NCBI GenBank assembly: GCA_038141865.1
Contig: JAYQIX010000006.1
Coordinates: forward strand, 315,400-379,399
Source of the DNA: Gammaproteobacteria bacterium
GTDB lineage: Bacteria > Pseudomonadota > Gammaproteobacteria > Magnimaribacterales > D2472
Length of the DNA stretch: 64,000 nucleotides
Reading direction: 5' to 3'
Both the position numbers and the translations under genes were made by a program. Positions 32,081 through 42,965 of this stretch are shown piece after piece. The notes below the pieces were generated by a model that was not told the origin of the DNA, made no database searches, and worked only from the letters and a program-made list of their open reading frames with translations. How positions within the stretch are numbered: position 1 is the first letter of the stretch; each line of letters opens with the position of its first letter.

Positions 32081-33539
32081 ATGAACAAGTTTTTATCTAT
32101 AGATCAGGGCACAACTAGCTCAAGAGCAGTCTTATTTGATGCTAATTTAGAAACCTTGAGTAGTTACCAAAAAGAATATGATTTGAGTTATCCACACAGC
32201 GGATGGGTTGAGTTAGATCCAAAAGACGTTTTGTCTACTGTAAAAGAATCAATAGAAAATATATTAGGTGAAGAAGATCTAACTGACATTAAATCATGTG
32301 GCATAACCAATCAAAGAGAAACAACTATTGTTTGGGATAAATTATCTGGGGAGCCAATTTATCCTGGAATAGTTTGGCAAGATAGAAGAACAGCAGATTA
32401 CTGTGAAGAGCTCAAAAAGAAAGGATTTGAAGATGCTGTGAAGGATAAAACGGGTCTTCTTTTAGATCCTTATTTTTCTGCAACAAAAATTAAATGGATT
32501 TTAGATAATGTACCGGGAGCTTTAAGCAGGGCTGAAAATGGCGAGTTATTATTTGGGACCATTGACTCATACCTAATATTTAACCTAACAAAAGAAAAAA
32601 ACCACTTAACAGATATAACTAATGCATCCAGAACCTTACTTTATAACATTAAGGAAGAATCATGGGATCAAGATTTACTTGACTTATTTGGCATACCAAA
32701 GGAAATGTTGCCAGATGTATATGATTGCGATGCAGACTTTGGGACACTTATATTCGGAAATCATTCAATTAAGATAAATGGAGTGATTGGTGATCAGCAA
32801 AGCGCTTTAGTAGGCCAAAGATGTTTTAAAAGCGGTCAGATGAAATCAACTTTTGGAACAGGATGCTTTCTTATGGTTAATACAGCGGAGGATGTTCTTA
32901 AGATCAAAGAAGGTCTTCTAACTACAGTAGGCTACAAAATAGATGGAAAAATTTCTTATGCCGTTGAAGGCAGCATTTATTCATGCGGCAATATTGTTAA
33001 ATGGCTAAGAGATGGAATGAAGTTTTTTGACAAAGCATCTGAAAGTGAAAAGATGATTTTAAGCTCTGATGATAATGATAGTAACATTTTATTCCTACCC
33101 GCATTCAATGGCTTAGGAGCCCCGTACTGGAATTCATCAGTTCGAGGTGGGTTTCATGGAATAACTCAAGATACAACAAGAGAGGAAATGGTAACAGCTG
33201 CATTTGAATCAATATGCTTCCAGGTTCTTGATATTAATCAAGATATTAGAAGAGTACAAAATTTCCTCAGATGAGCTTCGGGTTGATGGGGGTATGATTG
33301 CAAACAATGTTTTTTGTCAGCTTCTTTCAGATACTATAAGAAAGGAAATTATTTCACCAAAAAACATTGAATCAACAGCACTTGGTGCATGTATTGTTGC
33401 TATGATTGGTTCAGGCACGATCAAGGATTTTAATGATGTAAATATAGAAAAGTCATTTCAATCATCCATTGTAACAAACACAAAACTAGTAAAAAAATAC
33501 GATAATTGGAAAAGATATATAAATAATTCCTTATCTTAA
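32081..33539 (+). CDS. glpK: glycerol kinase, one apparent indel ~33247
   Basis: MNKFLSIDQGTTSSRAVLFD is the canonical FGGY N-terminus, with RBS GGAG at 32072. ORFs 32015..33274 and 33204..33539 join (..FQVLDINQDI/EEYKISSDELRVDGGM..). Confidence 0.9.
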
Positions 33540-33581
33540 TTTTATGTAATATATAATATAGTTTTTTAATCTCAGATAAAA

Positions 33582-34757
33582 ATGTACTCTTACAAAATTT
33601 ACAATAATATAGCCAAGGAAGGTATAGATACCCTCAAAGAAAATGGATTAAAAGAGGATCAAGTAAATCCAGATGCGCTCCTGCTAAGAAGCCAGGTTTT
33701 AAATGACAATGATTTCAATGATTCATTAAAATGTATCGGAAGGGCTGGTGCTGGTACAAATAACATCCCAGTTGGCGATGCCACTGATAGAGGTGTTGTT
33801 GTTTTTAATACTCCAGGGGCAAATGCAAATGCTGTCAAGGAGTTAGTTGTTTGCGGTATGCTACTAGCATCTCGCGGTATCATCCAAGGCAGTTCATATG
33901 CAATGACCTTAAAAGGAATGGAAACAGATGAGCTAAATAAATCAATGGAATCACAGAAAAAATTCTTTAAAGGTTCAGAGCTTAAAGGAAAAACTCTTGG
34001 TATTGTAGGTCTTGGTGCTATAGGGTCTCTGTTAGCTCAAACAGCCAACATCATGGGAATGAAAATTATTGGATTTGATCCATATATTTCAGTTGATGCA
34101 GCATGGAGACTTCCAAAAGAAGTAGAAAAAGCTGATTCTTTGGAAACCTTGCTAGCTAATTGTGATTATATTTCTTTGCATGTACCTTTAGTTGATTCAA
34201 CAAAAAATTTGATATCTTCAAAAACTTTATCTTTTCTTAAAGACGGAGCAAAAATAATAAATCTATCAAGAGGCGGCATAGTAAATAACGATGACATATT
34301 AAATTCTCTTAAGTCAGGAAAAGTTAACAGATATGTTACTGATTTCCCAACACCAGATCTCATCAAAAGAGCTGATGAAAATGGTGATGTAATTTTACTC
34401 CCTCACTTAGGAGCGAGCACAAAAGAAGCAGAAATAAATTGTGCAAATATGGCATGTGAACAAGTGTCAGATTTTCTTAAAAATGGGACGATAGTTAACT
34501 CTGTAAATTTTCCATCTATTAGACTTGGCAGGACAACAAATTTTAGGTTAGTAATAATAAATAAAAACGAACCAGGAATGATAGGAAAAATTGCAGATCA
34601 AATTGCTTCTTCAAATTTAAATATCACAGACATGACTAACAAGAGTAGGGATGAGATAGCTATCAATCTCATCGATCTTGATGAAAATCCATCAGCTGAA
34701 ATTATTAAAAATATAGAAAAGATAGAACATGTCTTAAGCGTCAGACTTTGTAAATAA
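33582..34757 (+). CDS. serA: D-3-phosphoglycerate dehydrogenase (2-hydroxyacid dehydrogenase with C-terminal ACT domain)
   Basis: GIVGLGAIGS NAD motif, catalytic R/E/H pattern (LSRGGIV, PHLGAST), ACT-like C-terminus. Confidence 0.75.
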   Translation: MYSYKIYNNIAKEGIDTLKENGLKEDQVNPDALLLRSQVLNDNDFNDSLKCIGRAGAGTNNIPVGDATDRGVVVFNTPGANANAVKELVVCGMLLASRGIIQGSSYAMTLKGMETDELNKSMESQKKFFKGSELKGKTLGIVGLGAIGSLLAQTANIMGMKIIGFDPYISVDAAWRLPKEVEKADSLETLLANCDYISLHVPLVDSTKNLISSKTLSFLKDGAKIINLSRGGIVNNDDILNSLKSGKVNRYVTDFPTPDLIKRADENGDVILLPHLGASTKEAEINCANMACEQVSDFLKNGTIVNSVNFPSIRLGRTTNFRLVIINKNEPGMIGKIADQIASSNLNITDMTNKSRDEIAINLIDLDENPSAEIIKNIEKIEHVLSVRLCK

Positions 34758-35022
34758 TTTTTTTTTTACATACAAATACAGTGTTTTAAGCTAAGTGACC
34801 GCTATCAATTTGCATTTGTATATAATTTACAAAAATAAATACTTGTCAACAGAAAAATAAAGTGTTAACTGGACTGTTGTCTTGATTTTAAATGTCATTG
34901 CTTAACAATATCTAAATTTGCATAAATTATTGATATGCGGTAATTTATATATAAATTGTACAATTTTTGATCAATATCTAAAAAACCTTTATAAATAAGG
35001 CTTTTATGTGTTATAAATAAAG

Positions 35023-35057
35023 TTATCCATAACTTTATCCACAGTTTCTGTGGATAA
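35023..35057. promoter_or_regulatory. cluster of three DnaA boxes including an inverted pair TTATCCACAG-ttt-CTGTGGATAA
   Basis: ttatccata (8/9) at 35023-35031, ttatccaca (9/9) at 35035-35043, tgtggataa (9/9) at 35049-35057. The latter two form a perfect 10-bp inverted repeat with a 3-bp spacer. Confidence 0.55.
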
Positions 35058-35072
35058 AAGTTTTCTATAATA

Positions 35073-35753
35073 ATGACTAAAAACTATAGTTTAAATATTA
35101 ATAAAAATTGGCATGATTGCTTAGTAGATTATGTAAATTTTAATGAACTAAAAAAGGTCATCACTTATCTCAACTCAGAAAAAAATAATGGTCTCGAAAT
35201 ATTTCCGAAAGGAGACTTGTTATTTAATGCATACAACTTGTGCGCCTTATCCGATGTAAAAGTTGTGATCTTTGGGCAAGACCCTTACCCAAAAAAAGGC
35301 CAAGCAGATGGTCTTTCATTCTCTTCAAATTTTGATAATAAAATTCCAAAATCTTTGGCAAATATTTTTAAAGAAATTGAGTCAGATTTAGGAATAATAA
35401 ACACTTCGCCAGAATTAAAAAATTGGGCTCATCAAGGAGTGCTTTTGCTTAATAGATATTTGAGTGTTGAAGAGGGAAAACCGCAATCTCACTCGTCAAT
35501 TGGTTGGGACAAATTAACTATAGCTACTATAAAATTATTAAATGATAAGAGACAAAATATTGTGTATTTATTATGGGGCAACGAATCTAAAAAATTAGCA
35601 GAATTTATAAATGATGAAAAAAATCTAGTTTTAAAATCTCCTCATCCATCACCGCTTTCTGCCTATAGAGGCTTTTTGGGGTGTAAGCATTTTTCAAAAG
35701 CCAATAATTATCTAAAAAGTTACAACAAAGAACCAATTAACTGGTCTACTTAA
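35073..35753 (+). CDS. ung: uracil-DNA glycosylase
   Basis: VVIFGQDPYP, GVLLLN, HPSPLSA motifs: family 1 UDG. Confidence 0.92.
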   Translation: MTKNYSLNINKNWHDCLVDYVNFNELKKVITYLNSEKNNGLEIFPKGDLLFNAYNLCALSDVKVVIFGQDPYPKKGQADGLSFSSNFDNKIPKSLANIFKEIESDLGIINTSPELKNWAHQGVLLLNRYLSVEEGKPQSHSSIGWDKLTIATIKLLNDKRQNIVYLLWGNESKKLAEFINDEKNLVLKSPHPSPLSAYRGFLGCKHFSKANNYLKSYNKEPINWST

Positions 35754-36530
35754 CAAAAATACTTGCAACTGAGTTTATTAGGGCATCGACTAAATTTTTA
35801 TTGCCTAGCAAAACATTTACATGCATTGCTTGAGTTTGATATGAAAGAAGATTGATAATTTTTTTATTTTCTATCTTTAAAGCAGCTGAACTTATAACAA
35901 GACGCATGCTTGTTTTATCTTTGCCAAGATATTTCATTCTTGCAATTATTTCTTGCCCTCTAAAACATCCCTTATTAAATGATATTCTAGTTTTATCCTG
36001 CATAATTTCTGCTGGTCTAAACCTTCCTGAATCAATTGAGCTAATGTTGTAATTTCCAGCAATAGATTGTTTGTAACCCAATCTTCTTTTGCAAGAGTGC
36101 TATCTATTTTGTCTTTAGAACATTTAACCAAGAGGCCAAAAGTTTCGTTTTTTAATAAAGACTCTTCGAGTTTTGTTTTAACTACATAGCCATGAACATA
36201 ATCTTTATTTTTTATAAACTTTACTGAGAAAAATTTTGCATATGGTTCTAGGTCATTTATAAATAATTCAACCAATTCATTTTTAATAATAATTTTATAA
36301 GCTTCTCCAGATCTATTAATTATAAAATCTGCAACAACTTGTCCTTTCTGATTACAGATAGAAGATAATTGATAGCTGCTATTTTCGCTTAAGCTTGATA
36401 TATCTGAAGTTACTTGCCCTTGAAGAAAATCAAATGTTTTATTTGTTTCGCTATGCACTTCTAACACACACATGTCATCAAGCATCAATTGACCTGCGAC
36501 CAATAAATTATTTTCTTCTATTTTTTTCAA
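35746..36530 (-). CDS. ygfZ: folate-binding tRNA-modification/Fe-S repair protein YgfZ, one apparent indel ~36075
   Basis: ORFs 35946..36530 and 35746..36081 join (..LAKEDW / YKQSIAGNYN..). C-terminal signature ISFNKGCFRGQEIIARMKYLGK. Divergent from sdhE as in E. coli ygfZ/ygfY. Confidence 0.8.
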
Positions 36531-36564
36531 GTAAAATATCGTTAATAAAATCTTATTTTAACCA

Positions 36565-36822
36565 ATGAGCATAGAAATAAACAGAATCAAATGGAAATGC
36601 AGGCGAGGCATGAGAGAGCTTGATCTTTTATTGCGTGAGTTTGCTGCTAAGAATCTTGAAAAGCTTGATGAGACTAATCTAAAAATCCTTGATGAGGTTT
36701 TGGATTATGATGATCAATCTCTTTTTGATTATATTTTTAAAAATATCCCTTTAAGCAATTACAAGCATGAAGATTTCATTGATAAATTCTTAAAAAAATT
36801 TTCAACTATGGGAAACTTTTAA
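36565..36822 (+). CDS. sdhE: FAD assembly factor SdhE (YgfY)
   Basis: 85 aa. W-CRRGMRELD (RGxxE motif). ygfZ neighbour. Confidence 0.85.
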   Translation: MSIEINRIKWKCRRGMRELDLLLREFAAKNLEKLDETNLKILDEVLDYDDQSLFDYIFKNIPLSNYKHEDFIDKFLKKFSTMGNF

Positions 36823-36839
36823 ATTAAAACGCTGTCATA
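36811..36839 (+). promoter_or_regulatory. candidate sigmaE/AlgU-type autoregulatory promoter (GGAAACTT-N16-TCATA)
   Basis: ggaaactt ttaaattaaaacgctg tcata lies 16 nt upstream of the rpoE ATG and overlaps the sdhE stop. Resembles GAACTT-N16/17-TCnnA. Confidence 0.4.
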
Positions 36840-36854
36840 TGAATAAAGGAATCA

Positions 36855-37430
36855 ATGCTAATGAATGAAAATCATACTGAAGATTCTTTATTAATAGATA
36901 AAGCGAGGCAAGGTAATAAAGAAGCCCTAAATATTTTAATGACTAAATACTATCCAAGAGTTTATGCATCGTTGTATGCGTATACAAAATCTAAAGAAGA
37001 TGCTGAGGATCTTGCACAAGCAACATTTATAAAAGCATGGAAGGCGCTTGAATCTTTCAGAGGCGATAGTGCTTTTTTTACATGGTTATATAGGATCGCA
37101 ATTAATCTTGCTAAAAATCATTTTCAAAGCTCAGCTTTTAAAAAGCAAAAGATGAATATTTCTGAAGATGAGAGAGTTTTTGAAATTGAAGACACAACAA
37201 ACGTCGAAGCTGATTTAATGCATGAAGACTCTCTCAGAAAAATTAATAGCTTTATACAAACTTTGCCTGAAAACTTAAGAACTTCATTTACCTTAAGAGA
37301 GGTTGAAGGTAAGAGTTATGAGGAAATAGCAACAATTACTGACACCCCGATAGGAACCGTTAGGTCTAGGATTTTTAGAGCAAGAGAAACAATTCTTGAG
37401 TATATTAATACGGAGTTAAATTATGGATAA
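36855..37430 (+). CDS. rpoE: ECF sigma factor RpoE/AlgU
   Basis: Region 2 (DAEDLAQATFIKAWKAL, FFTWLYRIAIN) and region 4 (SYEEIATITDTPIGTVRSRIFRARE) motifs. Confidence 0.9.
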   Translation: MLMNENHTEDSLLIDKARQGNKEALNILMTKYYPRVYASLYAYTKSKEDAEDLAQATFIKAWKALESFRGDSAFFTWLYRIAINLAKNHFQSSAFKKQKMNISEDERVFEIEDTTNVEADLMHEDSLRKINSFIQTLPENLRTSFTLREVEGKSYEEIATITDTPIGTVRSRIFRARETILEYINTELNYG

Positions 37431-38106
37431 ATATGATGAGGATATTTCATCTTTTTATGATGGTGAATTAGACGCAGATAGCTTTGAAAAGTCTTTATCA
37501 AATTCTACTAATGCAGGATTTAAAGAAAAAATTTCTATGTACGGAGTAATCTCCGCAGCAGCCAATCTAAATGATATAAACGTTGTTCCTATAAAAAATA
37601 GTAATTCAAATAATAACAAAATCTTATGGTTCTCTAATGGACTCACAGCTGCTGCTTCTATTTTGCTAACTGTGTTATTCATAAACCAATCAGATTTTTC
37701 TAGATTAGGTGTAGACAAAGATGCCCAGGATGCATTGAATATAGCCATCAGAAGCCCGGAGGCACAAGAAATTGCAAATTCTAGAGAAGATAATTTAGTC
37801 AATCATGTACTTAGCGTTGTTAATAATTCGGCTTTAAGCTCTTCAGATCCTCTTATGGACCTAAGAAATGTTGGCTTTAATTTAAATGATGCTTCAAGAA
37901 GACACTATTCAAATGACAAGCAAAATTTTACTATGCATATTGAAAAAAAGAATTTTAATCTTAAGAAGGTTAGATACTGGACATATGGGAATAAAAATAT
38001 TTATTTGATACCTCTTAAAGATGGACGAACTCTTACATTGTATGGAAATTTAGATCAAAAAAGCGCTCAGAAAATTATAAATAATATTAAATCAAATCAA
38101 GGATAA
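37423..38106 (+). CDS. rseA: anti-sigma-E factor (RseA/MucA-like)
   Basis: 8-nt overlap with rpoE. N-terminal ISSFYDGELD motif, single central TM (LTAAASILLTVLFI). Confidence 0.65.
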   Translation: MDKYDEDISSFYDGELDADSFEKSLSNSTNAGFKEKISMYGVISAAANLNDINVVPIKNSNSNNNKILWFSNGLTAAASILLTVLFINQSDFSRLGVDKDAQDALNIAIRSPEAQEIANSREDNLVNHVLSVVNNSALSSSDPLMDLRNVGFNLNDASRRHYSNDKQNFTMHIEKKNFNLKKVRYWTYGNKNIYLIPLKDGRTLTLYGNLDQKSAQKIINNIKSNQG

Positions 38107-38108
38107 AG

Positions 38109-39506
38109 ATGAAGAAAATAACTAGAAGCATACTTTTTTTAATAATCATAAGCTCTACTCAATTGATTGTAGCTGGTTTGCCTGAAAATATTTCAGAACT
38201 TGTTGAAGATTCTGCGCCTGCAGTAGTAAATATAACCTCAAAAAAAGAAGTTACATCAAGACAGATGGGTGGGTATGGAGGAATACCTGATGAGATTCTT
38301 GAAAGGTTTGGTATGCCAAGACAATACGGGCAGATGCCTCAACAAAAAAGGGAATCAATCTCATATGGCTCAGGGTTCATTCTTAAAGAAGATTACATAT
38401 TAACTAACTTTCATGTGGTAGAAGATGCTACAGAGGTTGTTGTATCTCTCTCCGATAGAAGGGAATTCAAAGCTGAAATTATTGGCGTAGATCCACTTTC
38501 TGATCTAGCAGTTTTGAAAGTAGAGGGAAAGAGACTGCCAAAGGTTACAGTTGGTGATAGTGATAAGCTTAATGTTGGTGATTGGGTGGTTGCAATAGGA
38601 TCTCCTTTCAGCTTTGATTTTTCAGTTACAGCTGGAATAGTTAGCGCTAAAGGAAGAAGCATCCAAAACAATAATATAGGTAATTATGTTCCGTTTTTGC
38701 AAACTGATGTTGCCATCAATCCAGGAAACTCTGGAGGCCCGCTATTTGACTTAGATGGAAAAGTGGTTGGCATTAATTCTCAAATATATTCAAGAAGCGG
38801 TGGTTACCAGGGTCTAGCTTTTGCTATACCTATTAACGTAGCCACTGATGTTGCTGATCAAATTATACAAAATGGTTTTGTTTCAAGAGGGTATTTAGGT
38901 GTCAGGATGAGCGAGGTTGATAGCGATCTTGCTGAAGCCTTGGGAATGAAAAAACCTTATGGAGCTCTCATAAATGATGTGGAATCAGGGCAATCAGCTG
39001 ATTTGGCTGGCCTTATGCCTGGTGATGTCATTATTGAATTTAATGAAGAAGAAATTAAATTTAGCTCAGATCTTCCCCATGTTGTTGGTCAATTGAGACC
39101 AGAGACAGAAGCTGAAGCAAGAGTAATAAGAGATGGAGAGGAGATATCTATTGACTTTGTTCTTGGAGAGCTTCCAACTGATAAAGATTCGTTTATACCC
39201 GCAAAATCAAGCAAATCAAAAGATCCGCTAGGATTAAAAGTTGCTGAAATTGATAGAGACAACCCATCTATGGACAATTTACCGGATGGAGTAATTGTTT
39301 CTAGAGTTACTCCTGGTTCACCTGCTTCAGGCAGGATTTTTAGAGGCGACGTTATTACTATGCTTCAATATCGCGGCGACAAATACGAGATATATGAAGT
39401 TGACGATTTTAAGGATGCTTTAGAGCAATTTGAATCTGGTAAACGTGTAGCAATTCACCTTAATAGAAAAGGTTCAAAGTTTATTACTTCAGTGAAAATC
39501 AACTAA
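38109..39506 (+). CDS. degP: periplasmic serine endoprotease DegP/MucD family (two PDZ domains)
   Basis: Signal peptide. Catalytic triad context (TNFHVV, DLAVLKV, GNSGGPL). Two PDZ-like segments. Confidence 0.88.
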   Translation: MKKITRSILFLIIISSTQLIVAGLPENISELVEDSAPAVVNITSKKEVTSRQMGGYGGIPDEILERFGMPRQYGQMPQQKRESISYGSGFILKEDYILTNFHVVEDATEVVVSLSDRREFKAEIIGVDPLSDLAVLKVEGKRLPKVTVGDSDKLNVGDWVVAIGSPFSFDFSVTAGIVSAKGRSIQNNNIGNYVPFLQTDVAINPGNSGGPLFDLDGKVVGINSQIYSRSGGYQGLAFAIPINVATDVADQIIQNGFVSRGYLGVRMSEVDSDLAEALGMKKPYGALINDVESGQSADLAGLMPGDVIIEFNEEEIKFSSDLPHVVGQLRPETEAEARVIRDGEEISIDFVLGELPTDKDSFIPAKSSKSKDPLGLKVAEIDRDNPSMDNLPDGVIVSRVTPGSPASGRIFRGDVITMLQYRGDKYEIYEVDDFKDALEQFESGKRVAIHLNRKGSKFITSVKIN

Positions 39507-39575
39507 AAATTTATTAACTTACTTTTTTAGAATTCACCATCATTGGCCCCTTTGGCTGTAAAATGTCACACATCT

Positions 39576-41363
39576 ATGAAGAACATTAGAAACTTTTCTG
39601 TCATTGCCCATATAGATCATGGTAAGTCCACCTTATCTGACAGACTTATCGAGTATTGTGGAGGTCTGTCTGCAAGAGAGATGTCTGAGCAAATTCTTGA
39701 TTCAATGGATATTGAGAGGGAAAGAGGCATAACAATTAAAGCGCAGGCAGTAACTTTAAACTATGAAAAAAACGGTGAGACTTATCAATTAAATTTCATT
39801 GATACTCCAGGGCATGTTGATTTTTCTTATGAGGTTTCTAGATCATTATCAGCATGTGAAGGCGCATTGTTGGTGGTTGACGGTTCACAAGGTGTAGAGG
39901 CTCAAACTCTTGCTAATTGTTATACAGCTGTAGATCAGGGTCTTGAAGTTGTTCCAGTAATAAATAAGATTGATCTTCCTCAGGCTGAGCCAGAAAGAGT
40001 TGAAAAAGAAATTGAAGATATGATCGGTATTAATGCATCAGATGCTCCCCATGTAAGTGCTAAAACAGGAATTGGAATTGAATCTTTGTTAGATGTCTTA
40101 ATTTCTGATATTCCTTCACCTGAAGGTAAGATTGAAAGCCCATTGAAGGCTTTGATAATAGATTCTTGGTTTGATTCTTATTTAGGTGTAGTTTCTTTAA
40201 TAAGAATTAAAGATGGCACTATAAAAAAAGGTCAAAAGTTTAAAATACACTCTACAGGCGATACTCATATAGTCGATGAATTAGGGATATTCACTCCAAA
40301 AAAAGTCACTAAAGAATCTTTATCAGCAGGAGAGGTGGGTTATTTAGTAGCAGGTATAAAAAATATCAAAGGGGCTCCTGTAGGTGATACTTTGCTTGAA
40401 TGGAATGACGAGACCACACAAGCACTTCCTGGTTTTGAAAAGGTTAACCCAAAAGTTTTTGCATCTATGTTCACTGTAAAATCAGAAGATTATGAGAGGT
40501 TTAGAGATGCCTTATCAAAACTCATCTTAAATGATTCATCACTAATATATGAGCCTGAAGTCTCAGATGCACTAGGATTTGGCTTTAGATGTGGTTTCCT
40601 TGGTACTCTTCATATGGAGGTAATAAGAGAGCGATTAGAAAGAGAATATGATCTTGAGCTTATCTCTACAGCCCCATCAGTAGAATATGAAGTTTTAAAA
40701 ACTGATGGCGAAGTTATCAAGCTTGATAACCCATCTCAACTTCCAGCATCTAATGATATAGAGGAAATAAGAGAGCCTATAGTAAATGTGAATATTCTTA
40801 CCCCAAATGATTATGTTGGTAATGTAATCACCTTATGTACCAACAAAAGAGGCATACAAAAAAATATGACATATTTTGGCAATCAAGTATCTATTATTTT
40901 TGAGATGCCTTTGTCTAGTGTAATTATTGATTTCTTTGATCAAATCAAGTCATCAACAAAAGGATTTGCATCTGTTGAGTATTCATTGATTGGTTTTGTT
41001 AAATCTGATCTAACAAAAATTGATGTGCTAATTAACAATCAAAAAGTAGATGCTTTATCAATGATCGTGCACAAATCATTTTCTGCCACGAAGGCCAGAG
41101 AAATTGCTAAAAATTTACAGAAGTTAATTCCAAGACAAATGTTCGATGTCCCCATTCAAGTTGCACTAGGTGCTAAGATAATATCGAGAGAAACTGTAAA
41201 AGCACTAAGAAAAAACGTTACTGCAAAATGTTATGGTGGCGACATTACAAGAAAGAAGAAGCTTCTTGAGAAGCAAAAAGAAGGTAAAAAGAAAATGAAA
41301 CAAATTGGTAAAGTTTCTATTCCACAAGATGCGTTCTTAAATTATTTTAGTTCAGGAGATTAG
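39576..41363 (+). CDS. lepA: elongation factor 4 (LepA)
   Basis: [20 protein letters not shown] (the ORF track starts 33 nt earlier). [12 protein letters not shown]. LepA C-terminal domain. Confidence 0.95.
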   Translation: MKNIRNFSVIAHIDHGKSTLSDRLIEYCGGLSAREMSEQILDSMDIERERGITIKAQAVTLNYEKNGETYQLNFIDTPGHVDFSYEVSRSLSACEGALLVVDGSQGVEAQTLANCYTAVDQGLEVVPVINKIDLPQAEPERVEKEIEDMIGINASDAPHVSAKTGIGIESLLDVLISDIPSPEGKIESPLKALIIDSWFDSYLGVVSLIRIKDGTIKKGQKFKIHSTGDTHIVDELGIFTPKKVTKESLSAGEVGYLVAGIKNIKGAPVGDTLLEWNDETTQALPGFEKVNPKVFASMFTVKSEDYERFRDALSKLILNDSSLIYEPEVSDALGFGFRCGFLGTLHMEVIRERLEREYDLELISTAPSVEYEVLKTDGEVIKLDNPSQLPASNDIEEIREPIVNVNILTPNDYVGNVITLCTNKRGIQKNMTYFGNQVSIIFEMPLSSVIIDFFDQIKSSTKGFASVEYSLIGFVKSDLTKIDVLINNQKVDALSMIVHKSFSATKAREIAKNLQKLIPRQMFDVPIQVALGAKIISRETVKALRKNVTAKCYGGDITRKKKLLEKQKEGKKKMKQIGKVSIPQDAFLNYFSSGD

Positions 41364-41364
41364 A

Positions 41365-42309
41365 GTGTTTACTGATCCATTATTTATTTTTTCCTTGGCA
41401 GGAATGCTTGGGTGTATATATGTTTGGATTAGACAAAATATTGCTAAAGCAAAATTTAACTCTTTAATTGAAGAAAATTTATCCTCGCTAGGAACAATTT
41501 TCTTTTTTGCAATGATAATGAGCATATGGTTTAACTCAGGTGATCTTGGGTTAATTTTATTTATAGCTGTAATAATATCTTTCATAGTTTTTTTTATTGG
41601 AATCTTCTATAAGAATGAGGTTATTAAAAAATCTACAAGAGGAACACTCATACCACTTTTTATTATTTTTGTTCTTAGATCTTTTCTTTATGAGCCATAC
41701 CAAATCCCATCTGGATCAATGCTGCCTGGTTTAAAGGTTGGGGATTTTATTTTAGTTAATAAATATGAGTATGGATTAAAAATTAATAGGGTAGGCAAAC
41801 CTTTAATTGAATTTAATGACCCTGATTATGGAGAGGTTGTGGTTTTTGTGCCACCACACAAACCTGTGCCATATATAAAAAGATTAATAGGTAAGCCAGG
41901 TGACTCTATTAAATATATCAATAAAAAGCTTTATATAAATGATGAAATTGTTTTGAAGGACTATGAATTTACAATAGAAGAAATAGTAACAAGAAGATAC
42001 AGATATCCTTCAGGAAAAATTGAAGAAGTTGAAGAAATTGAAGATATTAAATTTTATACAGAAGAGCTTGGTGGTAGATCATTTACAATAAGAAATAGTT
42101 CTGCAAAGACAGAATATCCTCAACAATGGACTGTTCCTAAAGGTCACTATTTCGTAGTTGGTGATAACAGAGATAATTCTAATGATTCAAGACAAGATGT
42201 TGGCTTTGTTCCTAGAAATTATTTTATGGGCACAGCTGATTATATCTGGATGACATGGGAGTGCTGGACCTGTTTACCTAGCTTTGAAAGGGCTGGTAAA
42301 ATCAATTAA
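41365..42309 (+). CDS. lepB: signal peptidase I
   Basis: PSGSMLPGL (catalytic Ser), YIKRLIGKPGD (Lys), GDNRDNSNDSR boxes. Confidence 0.9.
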   Translation: MFTDPLFIFSLAGMLGCIYVWIRQNIAKAKFNSLIEENLSSLGTIFFFAMIMSIWFNSGDLGLILFIAVIISFIVFFIGIFYKNEVIKKSTRGTLIPLFIIFVLRSFLYEPYQIPSGSMLPGLKVGDFILVNKYEYGLKINRVGKPLIEFNDPDYGEVVVFVPPHKPVPYIKRLIGKPGDSIKYINKKLYINDEIVLKDYEFTIEEIVTRRYRYPSGKIEEVEEIEDIKFYTEELGGRSFTIRNSSAKTEYPQQWTVPKGHYFVVGDNRDNSNDSRQDVGFVPRNYFMGTADYIWMTWECWTCLPSFERAGKIN

Positions 42310-42965
42310 TGCTTGATTCAATTCAAACTAATATAGGATTTGTATTCTCAGATGAAAGTCTATTAGAGCTCGCACTTACTCATAAAAGTTTTGATAATAA
42401 ATCTAACAATGAAAGGTTAGAATTTTTAGGTGACACAGTTCTTAATTCAATTATTTCTCAATATTTATTTTTAAAATATCCTGAAATACCCGAGGGTCTT
42501 TTAAGCAGGATAAGATCGCAATTAGTCAAATCAGAAACTTTAAGTAAAAAGGCTAAATCTCTTAAACTGCATAAAGCAGTTAGGCTATCCAAAGGAACTT
42601 TCAACATTAATGATTTACACAAGAAATCAATCTATGAGGGGTGTTTTGAGGCACTCATAGGCGCAATATATTTAGATGGTGGCTGGGATCAGGCAACGCT
42701 AGTAACAATTAATATTTTTTCTGACGAGTTGAACAACATTTCAACTGATGATTCTTTTAAGGATCCTAAGACAGAATTACAAGAGCTATTTCAATCTCTT
42801 GGAATGAGCCCACCTGAATACAGCCATGAAGAAAAAACAAGTGGATTTGAGTGTACGTTAGTTTATGAAAATACCAAGTTCACATCATTCTCATCTTCTA
42901 AACAAAGTGCGGAGATAAAGGTTGCTGCATCAGTTTTAAACTCCATGGGTAAAAAAGATGACTGA
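42309..42965 (+). CDS. rnc: ribonuclease III
   Basis: NERLEFLGDTVL signature and C-terminal dsRBD. ATG overlaps the lepB stop. Confidence 0.92.
   Translation: MLDSIQTNIGFVFSDESLLELALTHKSFDNKSNNERLEFLGDTVLNSIISQYLFLKYPEIPEGLLSRIRSQLVKSETLSKKAKSLKLHKAVRLSKGTFNINDLHKKSIYEGCFEALIGAIYLDGGWDQATLVTINIFSDELNNISTDDSFKDPKTELQELFQSLGMSPPEYSHEEKTSGFECTLVYENTKFTSFSSSKQSAEIKVAASVLNSMGKKDD

Noticed and set aside
34758-35072. Chromosomal replication origin (oriC)
   Set aside because: Only three DnaA boxes are present, there is no clear array of AT-rich 13-mers, only one GATC, and there are no typical oriC neighbours (dnaA/dnaN, mnmG/mioC, rpmH). It is kept as a DnaA-box finding rather than an origin call.
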